Assembly: GCA_038063735.1 (NCBI GenBank)
Contig: JBBTUN010000005.1
Location: 953 to 64,952 of the forward strand
Direction: 5' to 3'
Source: Patescibacteria group bacterium
Lineage (GTDB): Bacteria; Patescibacteriota; Microgenomatia; Curtissbacterales; GWA2-41-24
DNA: 64,000 bases
Shown here: positions 30,358-37,722 of the stretch, in pieces
How the letters are laid out: each line of letters starts with the position of its first letter
How positions within the stretch are numbered: position 1 is the first letter of the stretch
Notes under the pieces: generated by a model
Seen by the model: only the letters and a program-made list of their open reading frames with translations
What the model was told of the DNA's origin: nothing
The model's database searches: none
Position numbers and translations under genes: made by a program

Positions 30358-30682
30358 TGAAGGGTTCCCTGTCCGTTCTTATTGCCCTATTTTGAATAGA
30401 CGCTTTGATGTTAAGCATATTACCCAAGATTTTAAACAAGTAAGTTTATCAGACAAACAAGTACACGAATTTGCGGCAGAACACAACAGGATTGTCGTGA
30501 CATTAAATATTAAAGACTTTAAACCGCTTTCCCCAACAAACAAAAATACGGGAATAATCGGTGTTTCAGCAGGATTACAGTTTAAACAAGTTGATAGAAA
30601 ACTTACTGCGCTTTTGAATAAATCTACTAAAAAACAGCTGTTGGGCAAACTTACCATTATAAGTGGCGAATCACAAAAGTAA
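30320..30682 (+). CDS. DUF5615 / VapC45-like PIN domain toxin
   Basis: KLLLDEG, SD..V, RIVVTLNIKDF, GII; overlaps the DUF433 gene. Confidence 0.85.
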   Translation: MVRKFHKHKLLLDEGFPVRSYCPILNRRFDVKHITQDFKQVSLSDKQVHEFAAEHNRIVVTLNIKDFKPLSPTNKNTGIIGVSAGLQFKQVDRKLTALLNKSTKKQLLGKLTIISGESQK

Positions 30683-30776
30683 GTTTCGACAAGCTTAACC
30701 TTCATATTTTAGGAAAGACATTAAACCCTAATTGGGTTACGTCACGCACGATAAGTGGTACTTCGACAACGACCTC

Positions 30777-30895
30777 TGTGACCCCACGATTTTCGCAATG
30801 GAACCAGGCATTTGTCGAACTGAAGTCGTTGTATTCAGCTTTGAGCCAGCCTCAAGAGCCGAACTTAAGCTATCTCCAATTGGGAAGTTGAACTA
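30777..30895 (+). repeat. Cassette-boundary repeat R3 (most intact; open 37-codon frame)
   Basis: 30778-30891 reads VTPRFSQWNQAFVELKSLYSALSQPQEPNLSYLQLGS*; shares 22 identical bp CCCACGATTTTCGCAATGGAAC and TGGGAAGTTGAACTA with R4. Confidence 0.9.
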
Positions 30896-31837
30896 CGGTA
30901 GCCCAGAAAAGAAGCTCTCAGCTAATTTTCCAATACTCTTTGTATCATATCCTCCTTCTTGAACAAATAAAGTAGGGAGGTTTAATGCTGCAATTTTATT
31001 GGCCATTTTTTTATAGAATGGTCTTGTGAGTGAAAATTTACAAATAGGGTCACCAATGTAGGTGTCAAAGCCCAAAGATACTACTAAGTACTCAGGGCTG
31101 AAATTACTTACTTTTTCCAGAGCTTTTATCAAAGTTTGTTGGTATTTTCTCTCTCCAGTATTTAGTGGAAGCGGGAAATTAAAATTGTATCTCTTTCCAT
31201 CGCCTTCACCTTTCTCTCTAGAGTAGCCAGATTTATGAGGAAAAGCAGCTCTTGGTTCTGCATGGATAGAAACAAACAAAATATCTGATCTTTTATAAAA
31301 CATTTCTTGGGTACCGTTGCCGTGATGATAATCGACGTCTAAAACAGCCACCCTGCCCCTTTTCGATAAGTAGTTTGCCGCAATCGCAGCATTGTTGAAA
31401 AAACAATATCCTCCCATCATCGATTTTCTTGCATGATGTCCTGGGGGGCGACAAAGGCTATAAACAAACATTTCTCCCAGTACTAATCTTTTTGCTCCCG
31501 ACAGCGCAACATTCACCGAAGATTTAGCAGCATCGAATGCCCCATGGGTAATGGGTGTATAAGAATCAAAAGAATAACTGTTTAGAAAAAACTCATCATG
31601 TGTTTTTATTGAACTCGACTTAAGGAAATTCAAGTAACGTTTCGTGTGAAGAGATAGTATCCAAGATTCTCTAAAGCTCCATGCTTTGGCAATCATAACG
31701 CCTTGATTTCTCAATTGTCGCAAAATATTTTCAACTCTATCGGGAACTTCTGGGTTATTTATCAACTCACCATTGAATAATTCCTTTTTCGGTGAATGTT
31801 TTTTGTGTAGCGGAGAATAAACAACTCTAATGCTCAT
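30893..31837 (-). CDS. Zn-dependent histone deacetylase family (acetylpolyamine amidohydrolase-like)
   Basis: RPPGHHA, GGYCFFNNAA, DVDYHHGNGTQ, SLGFD, QEGGY. Confidence 0.93.
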   Translation of the reverse strand: MSIRVVYSPLHKKHSPKKELFNGELINNPEVPDRVENILRQLRNQGVMIAKAWSFRESWILSLHTKRYLNFLKSSSIKTHDEFFLNSYSFDSYTPITHGAFDAAKSSVNVALSGAKRLVLGEMFVYSLCRPPGHHARKSMMGGYCFFNNAAIAANYLSKRGRVAVLDVDYHHGNGTQEMFYKRSDILFVSIHAEPRAAFPHKSGYSREKGEGDGKRYNFNFPLPLNTGERKYQQTLIKALEKVSNFSPEYLVVSLGFDTYIGDPICKFSLTRPFYKKMANKIAALNLPTLFVQEGGYDTKSIGKLAESFFSGLP

Positions 31838-32835
31838 CTTAGTACCTCCTTCGTGTCTGGTCTTGAGTAGTATTTTTCAATATTTTCAGGAGGTAGGTGC
31901 ATAAAGGTGAAGTCCCTGAGGCCTTTGGGATCAATGCCGTCATTTACTTCAACGTTTTGACAAAGTATTTGCGGAAAGCTATTCTGGTCGTACCTTCTTT
32001 CTGGGACAACAAAGCCTGCTCCATTTGCCGCTCTATCTGAGCGTGACATAAAATTACACTCGGCAAAAATCAGGAATTCTTTTCCTCGTAAATCCCTGAT
32101 GACCTGCGAATTTAGGTGAGCTATGGTTGCAGTTATAAATCCTTGATTTTCATAGCCCTCCAGAGTCTTCCATTCTGTATTTTCAATTAAGTCGACATAC
32201 CCACTACTTGTTCTTAATCTCAATTTTTCTGCCATAGCAGCAGCTACTATCACTCCATCTTTTGTCGCTGAGCTAAACCAAAGCGACCTTCCAATACCAC
32301 GTTCTATATCGCCGTTTAGTCTTCTCCTTAAAGCAGTGATTTCTTCGCCAGACCATCCAAATGTTCGTGACCACAGATTAAGTAGTTGAGCTTCTTGCTC
32401 AGCTGTAAAGGTTGAATTGAAACTGACACCCAAATCCTCAAGCAACCTAACTCTTTCGAATGCACGTCTTGGCTTGTTAACGTAACTGCTAGTTTCTTTC
32501 ACCATTTGAGCTACAGGCACGATAGGTTTTCGACTAACACCATTGTGGGCAGCTAAAATTATCCAGTCATTACCAAATGGCACTATAACTTCAATTTCAG
32601 AAGCAACCTCGGCTGGCATTTTTTGAAAGACATCGTTTGTGACCAGTGATCTAAAAACGACTCGAGAAATCCCGGCTAGTGAGCCTAAATTTCTCAAACG
32701 TCCATAAGCTCGCGACAAAATATCAGGGTTATCTATTGGTGCGCCTTTCCAGTTCCAATAAAGCCTGTCAAAGCCTCTCCGTTTTAAACCAGCCTCTCCT
32801 GTGCTTGAAAAAATTTGTTCTTGTTCTTTTGTCAT
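31834..32835 (-). CDS. Putative GNAT acetyltransferase (C-terminus reminiscent of beta-lysine N-acetyltransferase)
   Basis: IVAAAMAE...ENTEWKTLEGYENQGF, IFAEC, AANGAGF, QNVEV..G..DF. Confidence 0.55.
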   Translation of the reverse strand: MTKEQEQIFSSTGEAGLKRRGFDRLYWNWKGAPIDNPDILSRAYGRLRNLGSLAGISRVVFRSLVTNDVFQKMPAEVASEIEVIVPFGNDWIILAAHNGVSRKPIVPVAQMVKETSSYVNKPRRAFERVRLLEDLGVSFNSTFTAEQEAQLLNLWSRTFGWSGEEITALRRRLNGDIERGIGRSLWFSSATKDGVIVAAAMAEKLRLRTSSGYVDLIENTEWKTLEGYENQGFITATIAHLNSQVIRDLRGKEFLIFAECNFMSRSDRAANGAGFVVPERRYDQNSFPQILCQNVEVNDGIDPKGLRDFTFMHLPPENIEKYYSRPDTKEVLR

Positions 32836-32846
32836 TTTTTACCACT

Positions 32847-32869
32847 AAAAAACCCCTCATGTGAGGGGC
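32847..32869 (-). terminator. Intrinsic terminator in the 5' leader of the GNAT gene
   Basis: Minus strand GCCCCTC-ACAT-GAGGGG-TTTTTT, 11 nt before the ATG. Confidence 0.75.
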
Positions 32870-32897
32870 TATCCTTTTTGTGAAATTTAGTCTAAAA

Positions 32898-32969
32898 CTA
32901 GTCCACAACCAAGACGCCCCTGTTGGGGTTTTTCTTGGTTTTGTTTTTAGAAACTAAATAAATAGCCAT
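32898..32969 (-). CDS. Putative leader peptide MAIYLVSKNKTKKNPNRGVLVVD
   Basis: 23-aa ORF directly after a promoter and overlapping a long hairpin upstream of a terminator. Confidence 0.5.
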   Translation of the reverse strand: MAIYLVSKNKTKKNPNRGVLVVD

Positions 32970-32980
32970 TTAATGTTTGA

Positions 32981-33010
32981 ATAGTAACAAATACTAATGA
33001 ACATAGTCAA
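32981..33010 (-). promoter_or_regulatory. Sigma-70 promoter of the leader-GNAT-deacetylase unit
   Basis: TTGACT-N18-TACTAT with extended TG. Confidence 0.7.
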
Positions 33011-33096
33011 ATCTTTTGAGGCTAAAGTCTATTAAACCAAAGAGCTACTCGAACATTTTAGCTTCAAAAAATGTTAAATGGTTTTTAATTTGAGGC

Positions 33097-33216
33097 TGTG
33101 TGCCCACGATTTTCGCAATGGAACTTGGTATTCTCTGAACCCAAATCATTATACTCAAGCCTAAACGTGCCTACCAAAAAATGAACTTGGCTACCTCCCA
33201 CTGGGAAGTTGAACTA
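33097..33216 (+). repeat. Cassette-boundary repeat R4
   Basis: Reads VCPRFSQWNLVFSEPKSLYS.. then, after a 1-nt shift, LGYLPLGS*; colinear with R3. Confidence 0.9.
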
Positions 33217-33226
33217 TAGTTTTAAT

Positions 33227-33481
33227 TTACCTTGAAAGAGAAAAGACCCAAGGCTTTAATTTATCCTTAGTTTCTTCTACCTCAATTACCTTTTTACCTG
33301 ATTTCAAAAGTGATTTGATCAAGTTCTGATTTTCTTCATTAAGTTCCTCATCATCAGCTGAAAATACCACATAAGAAGTATCTTTTTTTAAGTTCTTTAC
33401 CTCATCTGGATTTTTTTGCAGATAGTCTGCTAACCTGGCAGAAAGATTAATATTTTTTTGTATTTGTGTATTCTTACTCAT
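33227..33481 (-). CDS. Small protein, DUF5647-like; putative antitoxin/partner
   Basis: KNINLS...DYL..NP, DDEELNEEN..L pattern; follows the TumE-like gene. Confidence 0.55.
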   Translation of the reverse strand: MSKNTQIQKNINLSARLADYLQKNPDEVKNLKKDTSYVVFSADDEELNEENQNLIKSLLKSGKKVIEVEETKDKLKPWVFSLSR

Positions 33482-33551
33482 TTGACTTCAGGGGAGGAAT
33501 TATACAACATTTTAAATAGTAAACTATGAGTAATAAAATTATAATAACACA

Positions 33552-34034
33552 TTATTTTCTCTTTTTGTTACTTTTCTTGAGGCTATTTAAATAGCCATTT
33601 TTATAATTTAAATACCTATTACTAATATCTTTCACGGCCCAAGTTAACCAATCATTAGAACCACCTTTTTTGATTACACCCACTGTGTTAGTAATTGGTT
33701 CACCGGATCTGAGTCTACTGTGACGGTGAAGAAAACCATGTTCACTATCATATCTACAAAGAGTTTTCCACTTACCTTTGATTAATGTTTCGTACGAGAC
33801 ATTAATAACTTCGCTTACTTCGTTATTGACATCTAGCTGATAAATATATGTAACTCTGTCTGTTCTATCAGAGCTCAACATAAATTGTTGACCTTTCTGG
33901 CTCTTAGGTAATTTAGACAGATCAGGGGTTGCGAGTTCTAGATTTTTCTGTCGTTTAACTAAATGTTTTACAGTCTCTTGCTTTGAAAGTACGACAAACG
34001 ATTTTCTCGGATTCCGATGTGTTCTTCTCCCCAC
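33552..34034 (-). CDS. DUF7718/TumE (DUF6516)-like putative toxin
   Basis: W.TLCRYDSEHGFLHRH motif; TATAAT 10 nt upstream of the GTG. Confidence 0.6.
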   Translation of the reverse strand: MGRRTHRNPRKSFVVLSKQETVKHLVKRQKNLELATPDLSKLPKSQKGQQFMLSSDRTDRVTYIYQLDVNNEVSEVINVSYETLIKGKWKTLCRYDSEHGFLHRHSRLRSGEPITNTVGVIKKGGSNDWLTWAVKDISNRYLNYKNGYLNSLKKSNKKRK

Positions 34035-34085
34035 AATATTTAAGATTATAAAGTATTTTACGTGGTATAAACAAAATAAGTTCTG

Positions 34086-34157
34086 TGGCCCTACGGGGAG
34101 TCGAACCCCGCTTTGGACCTTGAAAGGGTCCCGTCCTAACCGATAGACGATAGGGCC
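34086..34157 (-). tRNA. tRNA-Glu (TTC), CCA not encoded
   Basis: GGCCCTATCGTCTATCGGTTAGGACGGGACCCTTTCAAGGTCCAAAGCGGGGTTCGACTCCCCGTAGGGCCA folds as a cloverleaf. Confidence 0.97.
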
Positions 34158-34288
34158 TCACTACGTTCAGCCCTGATTCTCGCTTTGCTCAAAATAGGGC
34201 CAAAACATCAAAACAAAGCTAGGAAATTTTACCACAAAACGCACTCCAACGTTTACCACCGATCTATCAGGACCACCCATCTACCCGA

Positions 34289-34969
34289 CTACTTCTTAAA
34301 CTTTTCCCAAGCCATTTCTAAAATGTTTTTAGCCGTACTTTGGCCACCGAGTCCAAAGGCAAGGCCACCCGCAACCGCAAACATAGCAACAACTCCCGCA
34401 AACAGAATTCTCAAAAGCTCCGGCGCAACACCAAGCTGATGAAGAACCAAAAATGCAACAAAAATCATAATAGACCATTGTGCAATCAAACCAACCGTGT
34501 GCGAAAGGTTTTTACCCATATTCTGGCTTGCTCCATGAGCCAAGCGATAACCCAGTTTTGCCATCATCAGGCCGACCATTGCCAAAATTACGGCTACAAT
34601 TACGTTTGGTATATAAAGGATTACGCGGTTTAAGACTGTATTTACAGCATCCAGCTTCCAAACCTGCAACGTTGGAACCAAAAAGACAAGGATTACAGCC
34701 CACCTTGCAAGTTCTGCAAGAATCTCGCTCCACTCAACGTCGTGCCCTTCAAATTCCACAATACCGTAACGCGCCAGGAGCTTTTCCAGTTGAATTACTT
34801 TTAAAATACCAAAAATTACGCGATAAACAACTGCAGCAACAATTAAACTAACGAGCAAAATAATTAAACCCCCGACCAAATTTGGAATAAAAGTAATAAA
34901 AGATGCTAGAGAACTTATAACAGCAGTAGAAACTGCTGTCGATAATTCTTCGACTATCAAATTAATCAC
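34289..34969 (-). CDS. Small-conductance mechanosensitive channel-related (CmpX-like TM helix repeat) protein
   Basis: Two repeats F/YIPN(L/V)...IIL; LAFGLGG. Confidence 0.85.
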   Translation of the reverse strand: MINLIVEELSTAVSTAVISSLASFITFIPNLVGGLIILLVSLIVAAVVYRVIFGILKVIQLEKLLARYGIVEFEGHDVEWSEILAELARWAVILVFLVPTLQVWKLDAVNTVLNRVILYIPNVIVAVILAMVGLMMAKLGYRLAHGASQNMGKNLSHTVGLIAQWSIMIFVAFLVLHQLGVAPELLRILFAGVVAMFAVAGGLAFGLGGQSTAKNILEMAWEKFKK

Positions 34970-35094
34970 CCCCTTTCACAAAATATCTCACCTAACCTTA
35001 TTAAAGGTAAACAATCGGAATAAATCAAATTACATTGAACAAACAGGCGAAATTATATATAATTTAGTGTCTTAATCCAGCAAGCACAATAAAC

Positions 35095-35170
35095 GGGTCT
35101 GTAGCTCAACAGGTAGAGCAGTTGCCTTTTAAGCAATTGGTTGAGGGTTCGAGTCCCTCCGGACCCACCA
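35095..35170 (+). tRNA. tRNA-Lys (TTT)
   Basis: GGGTCTGTAGCTCAACAGGTAGAGCAGTTGCCTTTTAAGCAATTGGTTGAGGGTTCGAGTCCCTCCGGACCCACCA. Confidence 0.97.
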
Positions 35171-35192
35171 AGGTACAAATTACTTTCCCTCT

Positions 35193-36149
35193 ATGAATTG
35201 GGTCGATTTAATAATAATTCTTGCAATTGGGGTTTTTGCAGCCGATGGTATTAAGCGTGGGTTTTTGATACAAGCCTTTAACATTGTTGGGTTTTTGTTT
35301 TCGCTGCTTTTTGCTCTGGCCCTGTATGCGCAACTGGCAAGCGTGCTGTTAAAGATATTTAATATTCCAGAAATAGCGGCAAACCCTATCAGTTTTTTAA
35401 TCATCTGGATTGTCGCCGAAAGCGCATTTTTTGGGGTTTTAACCGGCATTTATGCTAAGTTTATTGCCCGCTATCACCACATAAAAATAAACAAGTACTT
35501 GGGTATTTTGCCATCCATCGCCAACGCCCTTTTATTTTTGGCGTTTGTCCTGCTCCTTGTGGTCTCTCTGCCAATTCGCCCAGGCATTAAGCAGGATATA
35601 TTTAATTCAAAGTTCGGCGCCGAACTTGTAAACAAGGCAACTTTACTGGAAAAACCTTTTAATGACATATTTGGGCCGATCACCAAGCAGACTTTAACCT
35701 TTTTAACAGTTAAGCCGGAAGACAAGGGCTCGGTAGATTTAAAATTTACCCAAAAAACCGTAAGTGTAGATTATGACGCCGAAAAGCAAATGTTTGCTCT
35801 TGTAAACGAAGAGAGAATGAAAGCTGGCGCCAGGCCGCTCGTTTTGCGGGATAATCTGGCGGAAGTTGCAAGGGCGCACTCGCGGGATATGTTTGCCCGG
35901 GGTTACTTTTCCCATTTTTCGCCGGAAAGTAAAGATATTGGTGACAGGCTCGGGGCAGCAGACATATCCTACACATATGCCGGTGAGAATTTAGCGCTGG
36001 CGCCAAGCGTACAAAGGGCGCACACAGGCCTGGTGAACAGCGAAGGCCACAAAAGAAATATCCTGGACCCCGCTTTCACAAAAATTGGCATAGGCGGCAT
36101 AGACGGTGGAATTTACGGCAAAATGTTTACACAAATATTCACGGAGTAA
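35193..36149 (+). CDS. CvpA family membrane domain fused to CAP/SCP domain
   Basis: MNWVDLII..GIKRGF; LVNEER, HSRDM, GENLA, SEGHKRNIL. Confidence 0.9.
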   Translation: MNWVDLIIILAIGVFAADGIKRGFLIQAFNIVGFLFSLLFALALYAQLASVLLKIFNIPEIAANPISFLIIWIVAESAFFGVLTGIYAKFIARYHHIKINKYLGILPSIANALLFLAFVLLLVVSLPIRPGIKQDIFNSKFGAELVNKATLLEKPFNDIFGPITKQTLTFLTVKPEDKGSVDLKFTQKTVSVDYDAEKQMFALVNEERMKAGARPLVLRDNLAEVARAHSRDMFARGYFSHFSPESKDIGDRLGAADISYTYAGENLALAPSVQRAHTGLVNSEGHKRNILDPAFTKIGIGGIDGGIYGKMFTQIFTE

Positions 36150-36181
36150 ATATCGAGAGAAAGCTAAAATAATCCCAAGAT

Positions 36182-37579
36182 TTAAGCGGCAACTGGTAAC
36201 GGCCAGCTTTCGTCGGTAAAGACACGGTCGGCTTCCATCACCCATGTTTGAGGTTGCTGTGTGTATTTGTAGGGCCTGAGGCTTCCATCAACACCTACTA
36301 TAAATAGTTCCGACTGCCTCGCACCATATTCGTTCAGCAATATCATTTCAGCCTCCAAAATTCTATCCCGTACAATATTTGCCTCATTAAGATATCCTAA
36401 TTTAATAAATCCGAGTGCAATGATGCAGTTGTCGTGTGGCCAGATACTCCCATTATGGTACGAATCAGTGTCATTTTCAGAATAATTTGGCGATAGTAAA
36501 GATAACGTTCTAATGCCGTACGCAGTTAACATATCAGGCTGCATCAGTCGATTAACAACAAAGGGTTCTTTTTCGCTATCAATTATTCCAGTTACAAGTA
36601 AATGGCCGACATTTGATGTGATGTCCCTAATTTGAGTATCGTCTCCATCTAATGCCTGAGCGAAGAATTTTTCATCACTCATCCAAAAATCTTTATTAAA
36701 ACGCGTTTTTAAGTTTTGCGCTCTTTCGTTTAACTTTTTGGCATATTCTGTGTCGAGGGACTCGTATAGCTTAGCAGCTCTCATTAAAGCCAAATACTGG
36801 TAACCTTGAACTTCAACTAATGCAACTGGCTCTTTGACCTTTTCATGCCCATCGGGATAATTTATAGAATTACCCGAATCTTTCCATCCCTGGTTTATTA
36901 ACGCATTCCTATTTTTAGCTTGGTATCGTATGTAACCGTCGTCCTTTATATTGCCATAAATGTCCATCCATTCAATTGCCGCCCGTATTGACTGATCAAA
37001 ATCAACAAGAAAGTCCATATCCTCAGTGAGCCTTAAATATTCACATGCCACCATAACAAATAGTGGGGTCGAATCAATTGAGCCGTAATATCTTAAACCT
37101 TCTTCATCAACACACCAGTTACCCGATGCAAGTTTTTCAAGAACGCGGTTGTTAGCCGTATCGGCGAGAATTTGTCCGTCATAGTCCCAAAATCTCAGCT
37201 CATGTGATATCTTTCCCGGTTCTTCGTCTCTTGCCTTGTCAACCACCTTGCCTTGGAATTTGGCCATAGTCCGTAGACTATTTCTTACAGGCAAAAGTGT
37301 ATTAATAATAGCCTCCTTTTCTTCATCGGTAAATTCATCTATCTTTTTATAGCGGTCTGGATGAATTATTACAGGAATTTCTCTAAGAATTTGCGGGGGT
37401 AAATTTTTTCTTGAAAGTCTGAAAAATCTTTCTTCTGAAGCAAGGCATGCGTCCCTTGGAAAAAATCCGCTGAATGCTTGCGTTTCGCCTGAAGCCCTAT
37501 AACCCTGTTCGTTTACAACCCCCAGGCAACTTATCTGAGCAGTACTAGAAATTCGTTCGACTACCTCCGGTGAGACCAT
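36182..37579 (-). CDS. Amylo-alpha-1,6-glucosidase / glycogen-debranching-like glycoside hydrolase (catalytic domain)
   Basis: FPRD, EEPGKISHE, YYGSIDSTPL, NQGWKDS, EVQGY, SYHNGSIWPHDN. Confidence 0.9.
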   Translation of the reverse strand: MVSPEVVERISSTAQISCLGVVNEQGYRASGETQAFSGFFPRDACLASEERFFRLSRKNLPPQILREIPVIIHPDRYKKIDEFTDEEKEAIINTLLPVRNSLRTMAKFQGKVVDKARDEEPGKISHELRFWDYDGQILADTANNRVLEKLASGNWCVDEEGLRYYGSIDSTPLFVMVACEYLRLTEDMDFLVDFDQSIRAAIEWMDIYGNIKDDGYIRYQAKNRNALINQGWKDSGNSINYPDGHEKVKEPVALVEVQGYQYLALMRAAKLYESLDTEYAKKLNERAQNLKTRFNKDFWMSDEKFFAQALDGDDTQIRDITSNVGHLLVTGIIDSEKEPFVVNRLMQPDMLTAYGIRTLSLLSPNYSENDTDSYHNGSIWPHDNCIIALGFIKLGYLNEANIVRDRILEAEMILLNEYGARQSELFIVGVDGSLRPYKYTQQPQTWVMEADRVFTDESWPLPVAA

Positions 37580-37722
37580 TTATTATAGGTTAATTATATC
37601 ATATTTATGTCTCTATTAAAAACATTATAGGCCAACTACCCTAATTCAATAAATTAGTTCGTTGACCTCAACTCATTATCTGATTAATATTGTGAAAATG
37701 TCAAATTGGTTAAGTTATGCAA

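Larger units (their letters stand above)
28717..34097. mobile_element. Tandem array of four integrase-less mini-islands/cassettes at the tRNA-Glu 3' end
   Basis: Four same-orientation repeats plus the tRNA end delimit units of ~1.2, 0.86, 2.3 and 1.0 kb with accessory cargo. Confidence 0.65.

Noticed and set aside
30732-30962. 76-aa ORF across R3 (and 28534-28782 across R1)
   Set aside because: Different frame from the one showing synonymous conservation between repeats; overlaps real genes
32840-32970. T-box or lysine riboswitch
   Set aside because: No T-box consensus in an antiterminator position, and too short and lacking L-box motifs
28717-33216. Repeats as a CRISPR array or classical integron attC sites
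   Set aside because: Spacing is kilobases, repeats are degenerate and ~120 bp, no cas or intI gene is present, and intact copies lack RYYYAAC..GTTRRRY palindromic ends
35095-37579. Island at tRNA-Lys
   Set aside because: No duplicated tRNA 3' end or integrase seen downstream
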